A stretch of DNA of 64,000 bases from Callorhinchus milii (taxonomy: Eukaryota), in assembly GCF_018977255.1 (NCBI RefSeq), contig NW_024704743.1, forward strand, positions 102,612,001-102,676,000. Reading direction: 5' to 3'. Shown here piece after piece: positions 1 to 14,086 of the stretch. Below the pieces are notes generated by a model that worked only from the letters and a program-made list of their open reading frames with translations, did not search any database and was not told the DNA's origin. The translations under genes were made by a program, and so were the position numbers. Within the stretch, counting starts at the first letter, position 1, and each line of letters begins with the position of its first letter.

Positions 1-540
1 ATACTGGTGATGCATGTACAGATTTGAAGAGGAAAGTCATCAAATAACAACGTTTCAAATCAATTGCATTGCCAGCTATGTTGTGAGTCATCAAATTTCA
101 AAAGGGAAATAAAATCACTCAGTGATAGTGAATTTGTAAAGAAACGCCGTGTACAGGTGGCTAAGGTTTTTAGTGAGGGCAAAATTGCAAAAATGTTGAA
201 TCTTTTGCTTTATGGAAAAAAACATTAAAAGCACAGTTAAAGAAATCAGTTCACAGGTCTCTGGCCAGTTTGAAAAACATTATTTCTAAGTGTTTTACTT
301 TTCATTGCTGTTAGATGAAGTACTAACATAACTGACAAAGCTCGGCTGGTAATTTTGGTTAGAACATAGTGAAGTTAATTGGTCGTTCATGAAGAACTGT
401 TGGCATTAGCTTCATTGCACAGTACTATTAAGGGTTCAGATATTTATGAAGCTGTAAAAAAAATCAAGGAAAATGGGGTGTTGATAAAATTTCAGCAGTA
501 ATAACAGATGGGCACAGCTATGTGTGGAAGTGTGAACGGA
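1..540 (+). mobile_element. hAT (Buster/SPIN/Charlie-like) transposase relic, 5' piece
   Basis: Frameshifted translation ASYVVSHQISK, SDSEFVKK, FSLLLDE, HEELLALASLHSTIKGSDIYEAV, SAVITDG..AMCGSVNG, typical of GTF2IRD2/Buster-type transposases; cut at 540 by a CR1. Confidence 0.85.
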
Positions 541-1935
541 TCATTTGATCAGATGCCACATAATAGACAAGTTGGCAAAATTGAAACCCATGGGATAAAA
601 GAGATAGTGGCAACATGGATACAAAATTGGCTGGGAGACAGAAAGCAGAGGGTAGTGGTGAAAGGTTGTTTTTCAGACTGGATGGAAGTATACAGTGGTG
701 TCCCCCAGGGATCGGTATTAGGTCCACTGCTCTTTTTGATATATAAATGAATTGGACTTGGGTATAGATAGCCAAATTTTAAAGTTTGCAGATGACACAA
801 AACTTGGGAAACTAGTAAACCATGAGGATGATGGTAGCAGACTGCAGGAGGACATAGACAGACTGGTGACATGGGCAGAAGCATGGCAGATGAAGTTTAA
901 TGCAGAGAAGTCTGAGGCAATGTATTTTGTGAGGAAGAATGAGGAGAGGCAATATATACTAAATAGTACAGTTTTAAAGGGGGTACAGCGGCAGAAAGAC
1001 CTGGGGGGTTCACATACATAGAGACTTCAGCCACTCTGCCCCCAACCTCTGGAATTCCATTCCCCAGTCACTCCGCCTTACCCCCTCCTTAGCCTCCTTC
1101 AAGTCCCTCTTCAAGACCCACCTCTTCGACTATGCCATCGGCCACCCCCCTTCCCCTCCCCTCCCCTCCCTTGTCCTCCCCTGACCCCAGCTCGGGTCTG
1201 AAATGCTGTACTCTGTCCAGCGTCTTGGGACATCCTCTCGACGTGAAAGACGCTATACAAATGTAATCTTGTTGTTGTTGTTGTTGTAGGTATCAGGCCA
1301 GATTGATAGAGCTGTTAAAAAAAGAATATTGGATCCTTGGCTTTATTGATAGAGTCATAGAGTACAAAAGCAAGAAAGTTCTGCTAAACCTTTGTAAGTC
1401 ACTGGTTAGGCTTCAGCTGGAATATTGTGTCCAATTCTGGGCACCACACTTTAGGAAGGATATCAAGACCTTGGAGAGGGTGCAGAAGAGATTTACCAGA
1501 ATAGTACCAGGGATAAGGGACATTAGTTGGAGAGACGAGAGAAGCTGGGATTGTTCTCTTTAGAGTAGAGAAAGTTAAGGGAAGAATTAATAGAAGTGTT
1601 CAAAATTATGATTGGTTTTGATGGAGCAGATAGGGAGAAACTGTTTCAACTGGCCAATGGGTCAATAACCAGGGGCCATAGAGCCAAGATAATTGGCTCA
1701 AGAACCAGAGGAGACTTTTTTAATATATAAACACAGAGAGTTGATATGGTCTGGAATGCACTACCTGAAAAGTTGGTGGAAACGGATTCAATAAAAGCTT
1801 TCAAAAGGGAACTGGATAGATACTTGAAGAGGAAAAATTTGCAACAAAGAGTGGGGCAGTGGGACTGATTGGGTAGCTCTTTGGAAGACACACGATGGGT
1901 CAAATGACCTCATTTTGTGCTGTAATATTCTATGA
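541..1935 (+). mobile_element. CR1 LINE, 5'-truncated
   Basis: [36 protein letters not shown]-terminal motifs; 3' end attctatga; interrupted by an L2 tail at 1021-1287. Confidence 0.95.
1021..1287 (+). mobile_element. L2 LINE 3' end nested in CR1
   Basis: C-rich L2 3' region, shared tail hairpin and (GTT)n end. Confidence 0.9.
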
Positions 1936-2558
1936 TTTGTCGGATGGCTCCTAAGTAAAGGAATTGACTTCCCGGAGTTATATTGTATTATACACCAGGA
2001 GTCATTCAGTGGGAAGTCACTCTAATTTGATAACAAAATGAAAACAGTAACAAAGTGTGTAAATCTTAAAAAAGGAGGCAATCAAGCATTAACTCATCCA
2101 CAGTTTGTATCCTTACTTGAAGATCGGGACGCTGGAGATTTGCAGCTGCATTCGAAAGTGTGATGGCTAAGTCCAGAAAATTGCTGAAAAAGATTTTTTG
2201 CTTTGAAGACTGAAGTACGTCAGTTTCTCAATGAACACATGAAGACTGATACATCAGCCATTGTAAGAGAATTTATCAAATTCAAACGTTGTGTGCTTTT
2301 TGCCATTTCTATCAAACGTTACACAGCACCTCAATGACCTAAACTTGAAGTTACAAAGCAGATAACAAAGTGTCTATGACTGCAATGGACATCTTGATGG
2401 GTCTCTTAATAAATTGAAGCTTTTTAAATCAATGTCAAGCAATAGCAATTCAAAACATTTCCCATCATGCACAGAAATTGCTCAAGACCTGGATAACATT
2501 AATCTGACTGTCTATTCTACCAATTTGGATGGTTTCCTGGAAGGAATGCACCAAGAGG
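1936..2558 (+). mobile_element. hAT transposase relic, continuation
   Basis: Resumes in register (NG|FVG); contains CIIHQE (CxxH motif), LHSKV*WLS (RW motif) and FLSNVTQHLNDLNLKLQ. Confidence 0.85.
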
Positions 2559-2865
2559 TTATTATAAAATAATCCTTACATTTGATATAACTCCTTATCA
2601 CTAGCCAGCTTGCGCCAAGGATCAGTTTTAATAATGGTGATCGGATGGCAATGCTCAACTCAGATTGATTTGCCCTGAGTAGCAGGATGGCTTTCAGTGG
2701 CAATACTAGTACTAGAGTATGCATTGTGTATACTTGTAAATTGATTTAGGGTTGCCGGCAGTGGCACTATCTATTGCATTGTTTCACATAATGGACATTT
2801 TACACACATTTTAAAAACTGAGGTTCCAAAATGACATGGGGATGGATGGCAAAGCCCAACATAAA

Positions 2866-2867
<2 letters not shown>

Positions 2868-2896
<29 letters not shown>
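2868..2896. repeat. (TA)n microsatellite
   Basis: About 14 TA units. Confidence 0.95.
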
Positions 2897-2898
<2 letters not shown>

Positions 2899-2935
2899 CT
2901 CGGGGCAAAATATACCAAAGTGCCATTAGAACCTT

Positions 2936-5163
2936 AGTCACTTCCACTCCCTTAAAGCCCAGGCTCATACCAATGAGCACACCTGGCTTAAATCAAATCT
3001 AACTGTCCATTGGAAGATCTGGTTGGACCATGTCAAATCCTACCACTCTGCCCTCACCTCCGCTAAATCGTCATTCTACTCCAAGACAATCTTGGAGGTT
3101 AACGACAACCACAGACTCCTCTTCTCCATCACGAACTGGATCCCCTGCCCACCCTCTCAGGAATCACCCATTCTCACCTCAAATGCCAACTGCGAAGTGA
3201 TGCTGGACATCCTCAAATCCAAAGTCGAGGGAATCCGCTAAACTGCCTCTGCATCTGCTACCCCCTTCCTATCTCCTCCTCCTACCCCGGCCCTTACCCA
3301 TTCCTCCCTCCACACCTTTGAACCTGTCTCCCCCTCATCTCTCATAACCACCGTAACCCGTATGAAACCTACCACCTGCTCCCTCGACCCCATCCCTACC
3401 TCTCTCCTTACCCCCCAGCTCCACCTCCTTGCCCCTCTACTCACTGACATTGTAAACCTCTCCCTGTCCTCAGGTACTGTTTCCACCTCATTAAAAACTG
3501 CTGTCATCACTGTTACCCTTAAAAAAAATCTCTCCCTGGACCCTTCTCTCCTCCCGAACTACCACCCCATCTCCAAACTCCCTTCCTCTCCAAGGTTCTG
3601 GAACGAGTTGTTGCTTCACATCTTTGCTCCTTCCTCTCCTGCCACTCCATTCTCGAGCCCCTCCAATTGGGTTTCTGTTCCACCCACAGCACAGAAACAG
3701 CACTGGTCTAAAGTGAAAAATGACATTCTGTCCATCTGCGACCAGGGCTCCCTCTGCATCCTCATCCTCTTTGACTTCTCTGCTGCTTTCGACACCGTCG
3801 ACCACTCTAACCTCATCCACTGCCTCTCCTCTCACCTCAACCTCCACGGCGTTGTCCGTGACAAGTTCACATCGTACCTCTCACACCACCTGCACTTCAT
3901 CTCCTCAAACGGCTTCTCCTCTATCCCCTAGACCATCTTGTGCGGCGTTCTTCAGGACTCTGTCCTTAGTCCCCTCCTCTTCAATATCTATATTCTCCCT
4001 CTTGGTGACATCATCCGCAGACATGGGGTCAATTTCCACATGTATGCGGATAAAAACCAACTCTACCTCTCTGCCTCCACCCTTGACTCCAGGACCATTG
4101 ATGTGCTGACAGAATATCTGTCAGACATCAAGTCCTGGATGAGAACTAACTTTCTTCAGTTGAACGTCAACAAGACGGAGGCTCTCCTGATTGGCTCCCA
4201 TCAGCGCCTCCTCACCTCAGGCGCTGACAGCATCACCATCTATGGTTGCACAATTGACCTTGCTAAGCCAGTCCAGAACCTTGGGGTCTTGTTTGACCCT
4301 AAACTATCCTTTCTACCCCACATCTGCGCCCTGACCCGCTTTGCCTTCCCCCATCTCTGCAACGTCGCCTGGCTCCGACACTGTCTCACACTGCAGGCCG
4401 CCGGAACCCTCATACACGCTTTCATTACATTGAGGCGTGACTACGCAAACTCAATGCTTGTCGGCCTCCCTATCTCCTCCCTCCATAGGCTGCAGATCAT
4501 CTGGAACTCTGCAGCCCATGTCCTCTCCTGCACTAGGCTCCACGACTTCTTCGCCAGACTACAGCACTAACTCACCCCTCACGCTGCTGAAACTCTGGAC
4601 CACGCCTTTATCACCTCAAGGCTGGACTATGGGAACTCTCTCCTCGCCGGCCTTCCCAGCACCTCCCTCCACAAGCCGCAGGTCATTCAGAACTCTGCAA
4701 CTCGTGTACTGTCCCGCACCAGGCTTCACGACCACATCACTCCCACCCATGCTCGCCTCCACTGGCTTCCCATCCCCCAGAGGATCGAATTCAAGATCCT
4801 CAGCTACAAGGCCATTCATGGCCTTGCTCCCACCTACCTCTCCGACCTACTATCCCCCTAACTACCTGCCCGTACCCTCCCAGTGCCTTCGCCTTGCTTC
4901 CTCCCTTTCCTCCTTCAAGGCCGGTCTCAAGACCTTTCTCTTTGACCGTGCCTTCAGCTCCCTTCTCAACTCTCTGGCCCCTCCTGCCCCCTCCCTTCCC
5001 TCCCCTCACCCTGACCATTTCCCCCCTCCTTGCTCCCTCCCTTCCTTCCCCTCACCCTGACCAATTTCCCCCCTGCTCGGGTCCTGACCCAACTGTCCAG
5101 CGCCTTGGGACGTCATCCCGACGTGAAAGGTGCTCTATAAATGGAATCTTGTTGTTGTTGTTA
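2936..5163 (+). mobile_element. L2 LINE (RT plus 3' end), with an internal re-start near 4555
   Basis: [37 protein letters not shown]; (GTT)n tail. Confidence 0.95.
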
Positions 5164-5819
5164 TGGCTCTCATGTTTGGCACTAATTATCTCAAAATCTC
5201 ATGAGGACCCAACATGTTGGTTTGGAAAGAATGTGAAATTGGGAGTATGGTTGTTTAAGTGTAAAAAAAATTTTTCACTGCGTCCATAAATTCTTGTCTC
5301 TTCGAGGTCACGTCGTTCAGTGCATTACACTCCTATCTGTGCTATGTTAGGTTACTACACTTATTCCAATTAGCCCACTTATTCCAATGGCGTATCCAAT
5401 GAGAGCAGCCTATGACACCTCCACACCCTTTAAGAGGCTCAAAACACAGGGACATGGGCTATATATCTCTCATCTTCCTGTCACAGGCTATATCTCGCAA
5501 CATTGATCATGGTACAGCTAAAATGATTCTCAAATGGGGTAGGGAACATGAAGCATGGCTGAGTTCACTGAGGGAAAGAGGTGGCCACATTGGTATGGTT
5601 GAAGGAGGTCTTGGAGGTAGGGTAGGGTGGGGTGAGACTGTGGATGGATTTGAACGTGAGAATGAGAATCACAAACTCCATCTCCTGAGGGATAGGGAGC
5701 CAGTGGAGGAGCCAATAGGCTAGCGGAGCCTGGGAAATGACATTAGTTGGAAAATTCTGGATTGTCGGCAATCAGTGTAAGGAAGAGCTGGAGAACTTAC
5801 ATTCAAAGCAGATGGCCCA

Positions 5820-6780
5820 GTATATGCAAAAGGCTTACAATTTTCCCCAAAAATATTCTGACAACATAAATTTTAAGAGAATGATGTTAAACCTAAGACC
5901 ATGAGAAATTTCTGGCCTCATTCCCTACCTTGTCCTCATTGTTAATAGCTTCACTCTGACTGGATGTGTTCCATCAATAATCATATATAAATCGTTTTTC
6001 CTTTTGCACATTCGTCAACATAATTGCTGTTTCTTATTCAAATTCAAATAACCATACATGTATCCACATTAACATTCAGCTGCCATTCATTTCCCATCTG
6101 TTGAATTGGTTGAGATCCTTTTGAATGTTATAAATCCATATTATATTCATCCCTAGAAGAGAGTTCAAAATCTTCGTCTTCGCGGCCCTCCACGGCCTTG
6201 TCCCTCCCTACCTCTGCAACCCACTGTCCCCGTATCAACTTGTCTGATCCCTCCACTCAGCAGGCTCTGGCCTGCTCCATGACTCCCACCTAGCCCGTTC
6301 TACCATTGGCGGTCAAGCCTTCAGCCTTTCTGCCCCCACCCTATCGAACTCCATTCCACATTCCCTTCACCTCGTTCCCTCCCTTGCCTCCTTAAAGGTG
6401 CATCTCAAAACCCTCTTCTTCGTCCGAACCTTCGGCCACCCTCCTAGCCTCCCTGTAGCTTCACTCTCCCTTATCCCGACACCCAGCTCCCTGACTTTCC
6501 AACGCCTTGCAATGTCCTCCCGATGTGAAAGGCGATATGCAAATGTAATTTTGTATTGTATTGCCTAAATAGCTTACTGTTGTTTGCAAATTTTAAAATA
6601 TTACAAAATGTATTTTCTTCTACATCATTTGCAAACAGTAACAGACATAGAACAGTCCTTTTACAGAATTCTTCTAGTTATTACCCACAAGGTAGAAAGT
6701 TCCCCGTTAATCATTACCTTGTGCTTCCTATTACAAATAAATAAACAAATAAAACTATTACAAAACCAGTTTCCAATTCA
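5820..6780 (-). mobile_element. Old CR1 RT fragment, with an L2 3' end (+) nested at ~6155-6560
   Basis: Minus-strand RKHKVMING, NDVEEN..ILKFANNSKL; the nested piece has the L2 tail. Confidence 0.6.
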
Positions 6781-6785
6781 ATTAA

Positions 6786-6985
6786 TTCCTTCCAAAAATA
6801 ATAATAATAATGATAAATTGGTCACTCAATGCACGACTGTTTGTGGGAGACTGCTGTGCACAATTGGCTGCCGCGTTTTGCCCACAAAACAAACAGTCAC
6901 TACACTTTACAGTATGTCCTATGAAGTACTTTGAGATGACCTGAAGACATGATAAGGCACTACATCAAATGCAAGGATTATTATA
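6786..6985 (+). mobile_element. SINE 3' half (Deu-like domain plus L2-type tail)
   Basis: ctgtttgtggga..gtgcacaattggctgccgcg..aaatgcaaggattatta, shared with the full-length copies. Confidence 0.85.
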
Positions 6986-8624
6986 ATTAACTAATTTTGC
7001 ATTAATTCCATTAACTTTCTTCATCAGTTTCACAGCACAACCACTTGTATCCAATTTTTATGGAGAAGGGAGAAACATTTTTTTTAATCTCCCCTGTGTT
7101 TTCCCCTAAATAAGACTCTGGCCAAAAAAAGAGAGCAAGCAGTTTCAAAAGAGCTTGCAGTTTGAACAATCTGCCTGAATGAAGTGAACTCATTTTCTAA
7201 TTTTCATTTGTCACCATCAGCCCTTTTCGTTTATCTCATGGTCATTACCATAGTCTCTGGGAGAACAGATGCACAATTCACCCTGGGACAATGAAGTGTG
7301 ACACTTCATTTCCTACAGTCTTTTGTAGATGCACAGAACATCGAATAACACAATAATAATTGGAAATAGGTTGGAACAATTGAACTCAAGCCAAACAACA
7401 ATGATACGAACACAGATTGCATTCAGCTGTAATGTTTAAGTTAACATTTTTCTTTGGAAAACATCCACAGATCTTCATATTCCCAATGCCATAATTTCTT
7501 TTTAATGCACTTGACAAATTTCAAAATGAAAACAAAATCTCTCAAATAGATCAGTATCACTCACACAATGTATCACATCTGTTGTTAGATAATCCATTCT
7601 TCATATATTTGTGAGAATTTTTTTCAAAAGATTAAACAATATCCTCAGACGAACCCTAAACTACTGTACAGATATATTAATGTCTTTGAAAGCATAGGAT
7701 TTACTGTAAAGTGTAGTGACTGCATTTTGTAGGGAAATACAGCAAAAGGTTAACAGGTGAACAAGTGTTCTACAACATTACTTAATCCTTGTCAAAGACC
7801 ACCGCTTCTCTTATAAATGAACATATGCACAAAACCGCAGAAAGCCATCAAGCTCAATTGTACCACAGACACTACAAACCTACCTTATATAAAGTACAGA
7901 AATGTATCCATCCATACATCTTCAGTATTCAGCCATAATTTGCTTATCGCAGTCCATCCTCAGCAGCATTGAAACCAGTGGGTGCCCTGGAAAGCTATGT
8001 ATCTCAGTCTGTGCCTATCCCTGCAACTTCTAATATTGCTCCAAATTAGGTACTGCATTTATCCAATTCATTCCTTAAGGACATAATCAGTACAGCATCA
8101 TTGCTTTGGTAAATCTGTTCCAAATTTATTTTAATTTACTGTAGACATATTATGCACAATGTGTAAACCATGTATAAACACAGCTGTATTATGCACCGTA
8201 ACTAAATTGAGAATTACAGGTTTTGATAATTATGTGATTAATAACCAATGATAAATAATTATAACATTAATGAATTATTTCATTGGATGCTAATTACCTA
8301 ATTAAGAACACCTTTAATTCTCCATTTACAAATGTGGGCAAAATACAGAGCTTCAAATGAGAGATGGTCCCATTCACCCGGATGTTAAAGATCCCATGGC
8401 AATATTTGAAAAGAAAAGGGAGTTTTTCTGGTTTGCTAGCCAACAATCCCCCAAACAAAATTAGTTATTCACTTCATGGCTGTTTGAGTGATATTGTTGT
8501 GCACAAATTAGCTAGGGGATTCGCCTGCAAATATATAGTCACTACAATTAACTTGAAAAAATCTATGCCGAGTCTTAAGATATTTCAATGAGATAAGGCG
8601 CTAGATCAATGACCTTTATTTTAT

Positions 8625-11316
8625 CATAAGAACATAAGAATTAGGAGCAGGAGTAGGCCATTCGGCCCCTCGAGCCTGCCCCGCCATTCGATAAGATCAT
8701 GGCTGATCCTCTGACCTAACTCTAATTATCTGCCCTATCCCCATATCCCCTAATCCCTCTACTTTAAAAAAAATCTATCAGTCTCAGCTTTGAAAATGTT
8801 CAAGGATTGAGCATCTACAGCCTTCTGGGGTAGTGAATTCCATAAATTCACTACCCTCTGAGTGAAGAAATGTTTCCTCAACTCTGTTCTAAAAGGCTGA
8901 CCCTTAATTTTAAGACTGTGACCCCTGGTTATAGATTCTCCTACCAGGGGAAACAGACCCTCAGTGTCTACTTTATCCAGCCCTTTAAGAATCTTATATG
9001 TTTCAATAAGATCTCCCCTAATTCTTCTGTACTCTAGAGAATATAGCCCTAGTTTATTCAGCCTATCCTCATAGGTCAGTCCCCTCATCCCAGGAACTAA
9101 CCGAGTGAATCTACGCTGCACCCCCTCTAGGGCAAGTATGTCCTTTTTTAAATAAGGAGACCAAAACTGCACACAATACTCTAGGTGCGGTCTCACCAAG
9201 GCCCTATACAGTTGCAGCAAGACTTCCCTACTCTTGTACTCTAAACCTTTTGCAATGAACGCTAACATGCCGTTCGCCTTCTTAGTTGCTTGCTGCACCT
9301 GCAAACTAACTTTTTGAGACTGGTGTACAAGGACACCCAAATCCCTCTGAACACTAACACTATCTAATCTCTCCCCTCTAGAAAATAATCTGTTTTTCTA
9401 TTTTTGCTACCTAGGTGAATAACTTCACACTTCCCCACATTAAATTCCATCTGCCACCTACTCGCCCACTCCCCTAGCCTATCTATATCCCATTGCAATC
9501 TTTTTGCATCATCCTCAGAGCTTACTCTCCCACCTAGTTTAGTGTCATCCGCGAATTTAGATACGTTACATTCAATGTCCTCGTCTAGATCATTGATGTA
9601 AATTGTAAATAGCTGAGGCCCAAGCACTGATCCTTGTGGCACTCCACTAGTCACATCCTGCCAATTCGAGAATGACCCGTTTATCCCTACTCTCTGTTTT
9701 CTACCCATTAGCCACTCTTCAATCCATGCTAATATGTTCCCATTAATCCCGTGGGCCTTAACCTTGTGCAATAGCCTTTTGTGTGGCACTTTGTCAAATG
9801 CCTTTTTAAAATCTAAATATACTACATCTACTGGTTCCCCCCTATCTAACCTGCTAGATACATCTTAAAAAAACTCTAAAAGATTAGTTAAGCATGACTT
9901 CCCTTTTGTAAAGCCATGTTGACTCTGCCTAATCTTGTTATGGTCTTCCAGGAATCCCATAACGACATCCTTAATTAAGGACTCAAGAATTTTCCCTACC
10001 ACTGATGTCAGACTAACTGGTCTATAGTTCCCCATCTTTTCTCTCCCACCCTTCTTAAATAGTGGTGTTACGTTTGCAATCTTCCAATCAATGGGAACCG
10101 TTCCAGAATCCAGAGAATTTTGGAAGATCAAAGGCAAGCCATTCACTATCTCAGTAGCCACCTCTTTTAAAACTCTAGGATGTAGGTCCAGGGGATTTAT
10201 CAGTTTTAAAACCTGACAATTTACCTAAAACTATTTCTTTACTAATATTAATTTCCCCAAGTTGCTCGCTAACATTGTCTTCTTGGTTCCCCTCTATTCT
10301 TGGTAGGTTTTCAGTGTCTTCTAAGGTGAAGACAGTAGCAAAGTACTTGTTTAATGACTCTGCCATGTCTTTGTCCCCTACTATAATTCCTCCCATCTCT
10401 GCTTCTAACGGACGCACATTTACCTTTGACAGCCTCTTCCTCTTCATATATTTGTAAAAACTCTTGCAGTCTGTCTTTATGTTCTTCACTAGTTTCCCCT
10501 CATATTCCATTTTCTCCCTCTTAATCACTTTTTTGGTTCTCCTTTGTTGATCCCTAAAGTTCTCCCAATCCTCGGGTTTACTACTCATCTTAGCTGTTTT
10601 ATAGGCTTCTTCCTTTAACTTTATACTTTCCCTAACTGCTCTAGTTAGCCACGGTTGGGCCACCTTTCCCGTGGCATTCTTATTCCTCAAAGGAATACGT
10701 GCTCGCTGGGAATTTTGCACTCTCTCCTTAAACGTCTGCCATTGCTGGTCTACTGTCAAATCCTTAGGTCTAATTTCCCAGTTTATTTTAGCTAAATCCT
10801 CTCTCATACCAGCAAAGTTGGCTCTACTTAAGACCTTTGCTTTGGACTTAACTACTTCTCTCTCTAACTTAATGCTAAATTCCATCATATTATGATCACT
10901 TTGTCCCAAAGGAGCCTTAAGTTCCAGTTTGCTGATCAGCCCTGCTTCATTACACAAAACAAGGTCTAATATGGTCTGTTCCCTGGTTGGCTCCTCGGCA
11001 TACTGATCCAGATAATTATCCGTAATACATTCTATAAACTCTTCCTCTATCTTACTTTTCCCAATTTGGTTGTCCCAATCTATATGCAGATTAAAATCAC
11101 CCACAATTAATGTTTTTCCTTTGCTACATGCTCCGCTAATTTCCTGATTTATAGCTTGAGAGATAGTGTGACTGCTGTTCTGGGGTCTATAAACTACTCC
11201 CACTAGAGTTTTCTGCCCCTTGTTGTTATGTACTTCTACCAATACTGACTCCACTTCCTGCTTTTCTGATTTAAAATCTTTCCTCTCTACTGTTTTTATC
11301 CCATCCTTTATTAGCA
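8625..11316 (-). mobile_element. Young CR1 LINE, ~2.7 kb, truncated in the endonuclease domain
   Basis: Consecutive ORFs ([42 protein letters not shown]) with few disruptions; ttcttatgttcttatg tail. Confidence 0.97.
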
Positions 11317-12445
11317 CTGCGAGGAGATGCTGGATTTCCTTGAATCCAAAATCAAGGGAATCCGCTCTGCTGTCACTCCCCCTCCAACTTCCACCCATCA
11401 CCCACCCCTTCCCTCCCACATTCCGACTTCTAACCATCCTCCCCTACACACCTTCGAACCCGTTTTCCCACCCTCTGTCACCAACCTCATCCTATCCCTA
11501 AAACCCACCACCTGCTCCCTTGACCCTATCCCCACTCCACTCGTTACTTCCCAGCTCCACCTCCTTGCCCCACTTCTAACAGACATCATCAACCTGTCCC
11601 TCTCCTCTGACTCTGTTCCCATTCCCCTAAAAACTGCCACCATCACTCCCACTTTAAAAAAACCCTCCCTTGGGTCGCAGCTATCAAGCTACCGGCCCAT
11701 CTCCAACCTCCCCTTCCTGTCCAAGGTCTTTGAAAGAGTTGTTGCCTCCCAGCTGCGCTCTTTCCTCTCCACCTATTCATTATTCGAACACCTGCAGACC
11801 GGTTTCCGAGCTGCCCATAGCACAGAAACCGCCCTGGTCAAGGTCACCAATGACATCTTGACCATCTGCGACCAGGGCTCCCTCTGCCTCCTCGTCCTCC
11901 TCGACCTATCGGCCGCATTCGATACGGTCGACCACGCTATCCTACTCCACTGCTTGTCCTCCCACCTCAACCTTCAAGGCCCTGTCCTTGAGTGGTTTAG
12001 GTCCTCCCTCTCCCACCGTCTTCATTTTGTTTCCACAAACGGCTTTTCCTCCAGTCTCGTGCGGTGTCCCCTCAGGGCTCTGTCCTCAGTCCCTTCCTCT
12101 TCGCTGTCTATATGGTCCCCATTGGTGACATCATCCGCAGACATGGGGTTAACTTCCACATGTATGCGGATGACACCCAACTCTACCTTTCCTCCTCTAC
12201 CCTCAACTCCACGACCACCGATGTCCTGACAGCCTGCCTGTCTGACATCGAGTCCTGGACGAGAGACAACTTCCTTCAGCTCAACGTGCGCAAAACTGAG
12301 GCCCTCCTGATTGGCTCACGTCAGTGCCTCCGCACCTCAGGCGCTGACAGCATCAGCATCCAAGGCTCCACTCTCCACCTCTCAAAGCCAGTAAGGAACC
12401 TTGGCGTTCTGTTCGACCCTGAGCTGTCCTTTCTTCTTCACCACC
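11317..12445 (+). mobile_element. L2 LINE RT fragment
   Basis: [34 protein letters not shown]. Confidence 0.95.
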
Positions 12446-12612
12446 CTTTTAGCCAAATCTTTAGTTTTTTTTGCCTGTACCAATTTTCCCCTGGCTCAGG
12501 TAAATAATCCCGATATTAATACCTTTGAAGTTCTACTCTTTAGCTTACTCATGGTCTTACACATGGTGCATAATAAATCCAGTGATTTTGGACCTGTCTA
12601 ATCTAATATCAA

Positions 12613-13555
12613 TGACATGGGGTACACTTCCACATGTATGCGGACGACACCCAACTCTATTTTTCCACCTCACATTGCAACCCCCAGTCCCTTGATGTTC
12701 TGTTAGACTGCCTGTCAGACATCAGGAGCTGGATTAGCGTGAATTTCCTTCAGCTGAATGTTGACAAGCCGGAAGCCATACTCTTTGGCTCCCGTCAACG
12801 TCTAAAATCACATGGTTCTCACCTCCTCCACTTACCCGACCTCCCCCTAAAACTCTCCAAACTGGTACTCAACCTAGGCGTCAGGCTCGACCCCCAATTA
12901 TCCTTCCTCCCCCACATCTAGTCCCTCACCAGCACCGCTTTCTTCCACTTCCGACGCATCGCCCGGCCCCACCAATACCTCACTCCAAAAGCCACTGAAA
13001 CCCTGGTCCATGCTTCAAATGCCCTCCTCACTGGTCTCTTTCCACTACCCTTCACAAAATCCAGGTCATCCAAAACTCTGCTGCCCGCATTCTTACCCGC
13101 AGCAAACTCCGCTCCCATGATAACCCCAGTTCTTGCCAGACTGCACTGGCTGCTTGTCCTAGAGAGGATTGACTTTCAAGATCCTTACCCATGTATTCAA
13201 ATCCCTCCACTCCTCTGCATCCCCCTACCTCTCTGACCTCCTCTCTCCTCACAACAGTGCCTGTTGCCTTTGCTCCATGGGTCTGGACACCTCCTTATCT
13301 CCCGAATCCTCTGCTCCACCCTTGGCTGCCGTGCCTTCAGCCACTATGCCCCGAGGCTCCAGAACTCCCTTCCTCACTTCCTTCACTTCGCCCCTTCTCT
13401 TCCTATTTTCAGGTCTCGGCTAAAGACCTTTCTTTTCGATTGCGCCTTTGGTCACCTTCCTCCCCGTTCCTCTGGTTCGGCCCCGGGATCCGATAATGTG
13501 AAGCGGACCGGCGTGGAGGGCGCTATATAAATCCAAGTTTTTGTTGTTGTTGTTA
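12613..13555 (+). mobile_element. L2 LINE 3' part (different subfamily)
   Basis: [14 protein letters not shown]; (GTT)n tail with a different hairpin sequence. Confidence 0.9.
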
Positions 13556-14086
13556 TCTCTGTAGCCTTTCGTTAAAGTGTTTTTTCCCTCTCATCAAGCA
13601 GTGAGCTGCAAACTGGCATTATAGGGCTATTTCTCAGTAGCTGTAATTACAGTTTTGAGTGCTATTCTTTGACTCAGCAGATACCTATATTTTTTAGCCT
13701 TGATGACTTTTCATTTAAACTTATTTCGTTTATATTTGTCACTGGAGTCCAAGCTATTTTAAGCACAAAGCTTCCAACACTCTGGGGCATCAATATATTA
13801 TCTTGACAGATATCTTTCTTAAGGCTAAAGATCAGACTCGCTCTTTAATTGGTATGAAACAATATATAGTGGATTCATGGCTGTATTTATAAAGGTATAA
13901 GATGAAAGGAGCTTTCACAGGGAAATGAACAAATAAAAAATGTTTAACTCTGAGAGTGGCCAGATTTGTTGCAATGGACTTTTGTAGTCCTGTAGATTCA
14001 TATGTTTCTATAATTTGATACGGTTCTCGTGTCATATCGATGCAATGTGAAAAAATTTCATACAGTATTGAAAATCCTTAAAAATT

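Noticed and set aside
3238..5289. Numerous Pro/Ser- or Gly/Arg-rich ORFs here and at 36700-40000 and 58100-59800
   Set aside because: Alternative-frame and antisense translations of C-rich L2 sequence.
7290..7310. Perfect 21-bp palindrome aatgaagtgt-g-acacttcatt
   Set aside because: Single occurrence with no supporting context.
10175..11437. 420-aa ORF with a novel N-terminus
   Set aside because: Read-through across a head-to-head CR1/L2 junction at ~11316; the N-terminus is antisense L2.
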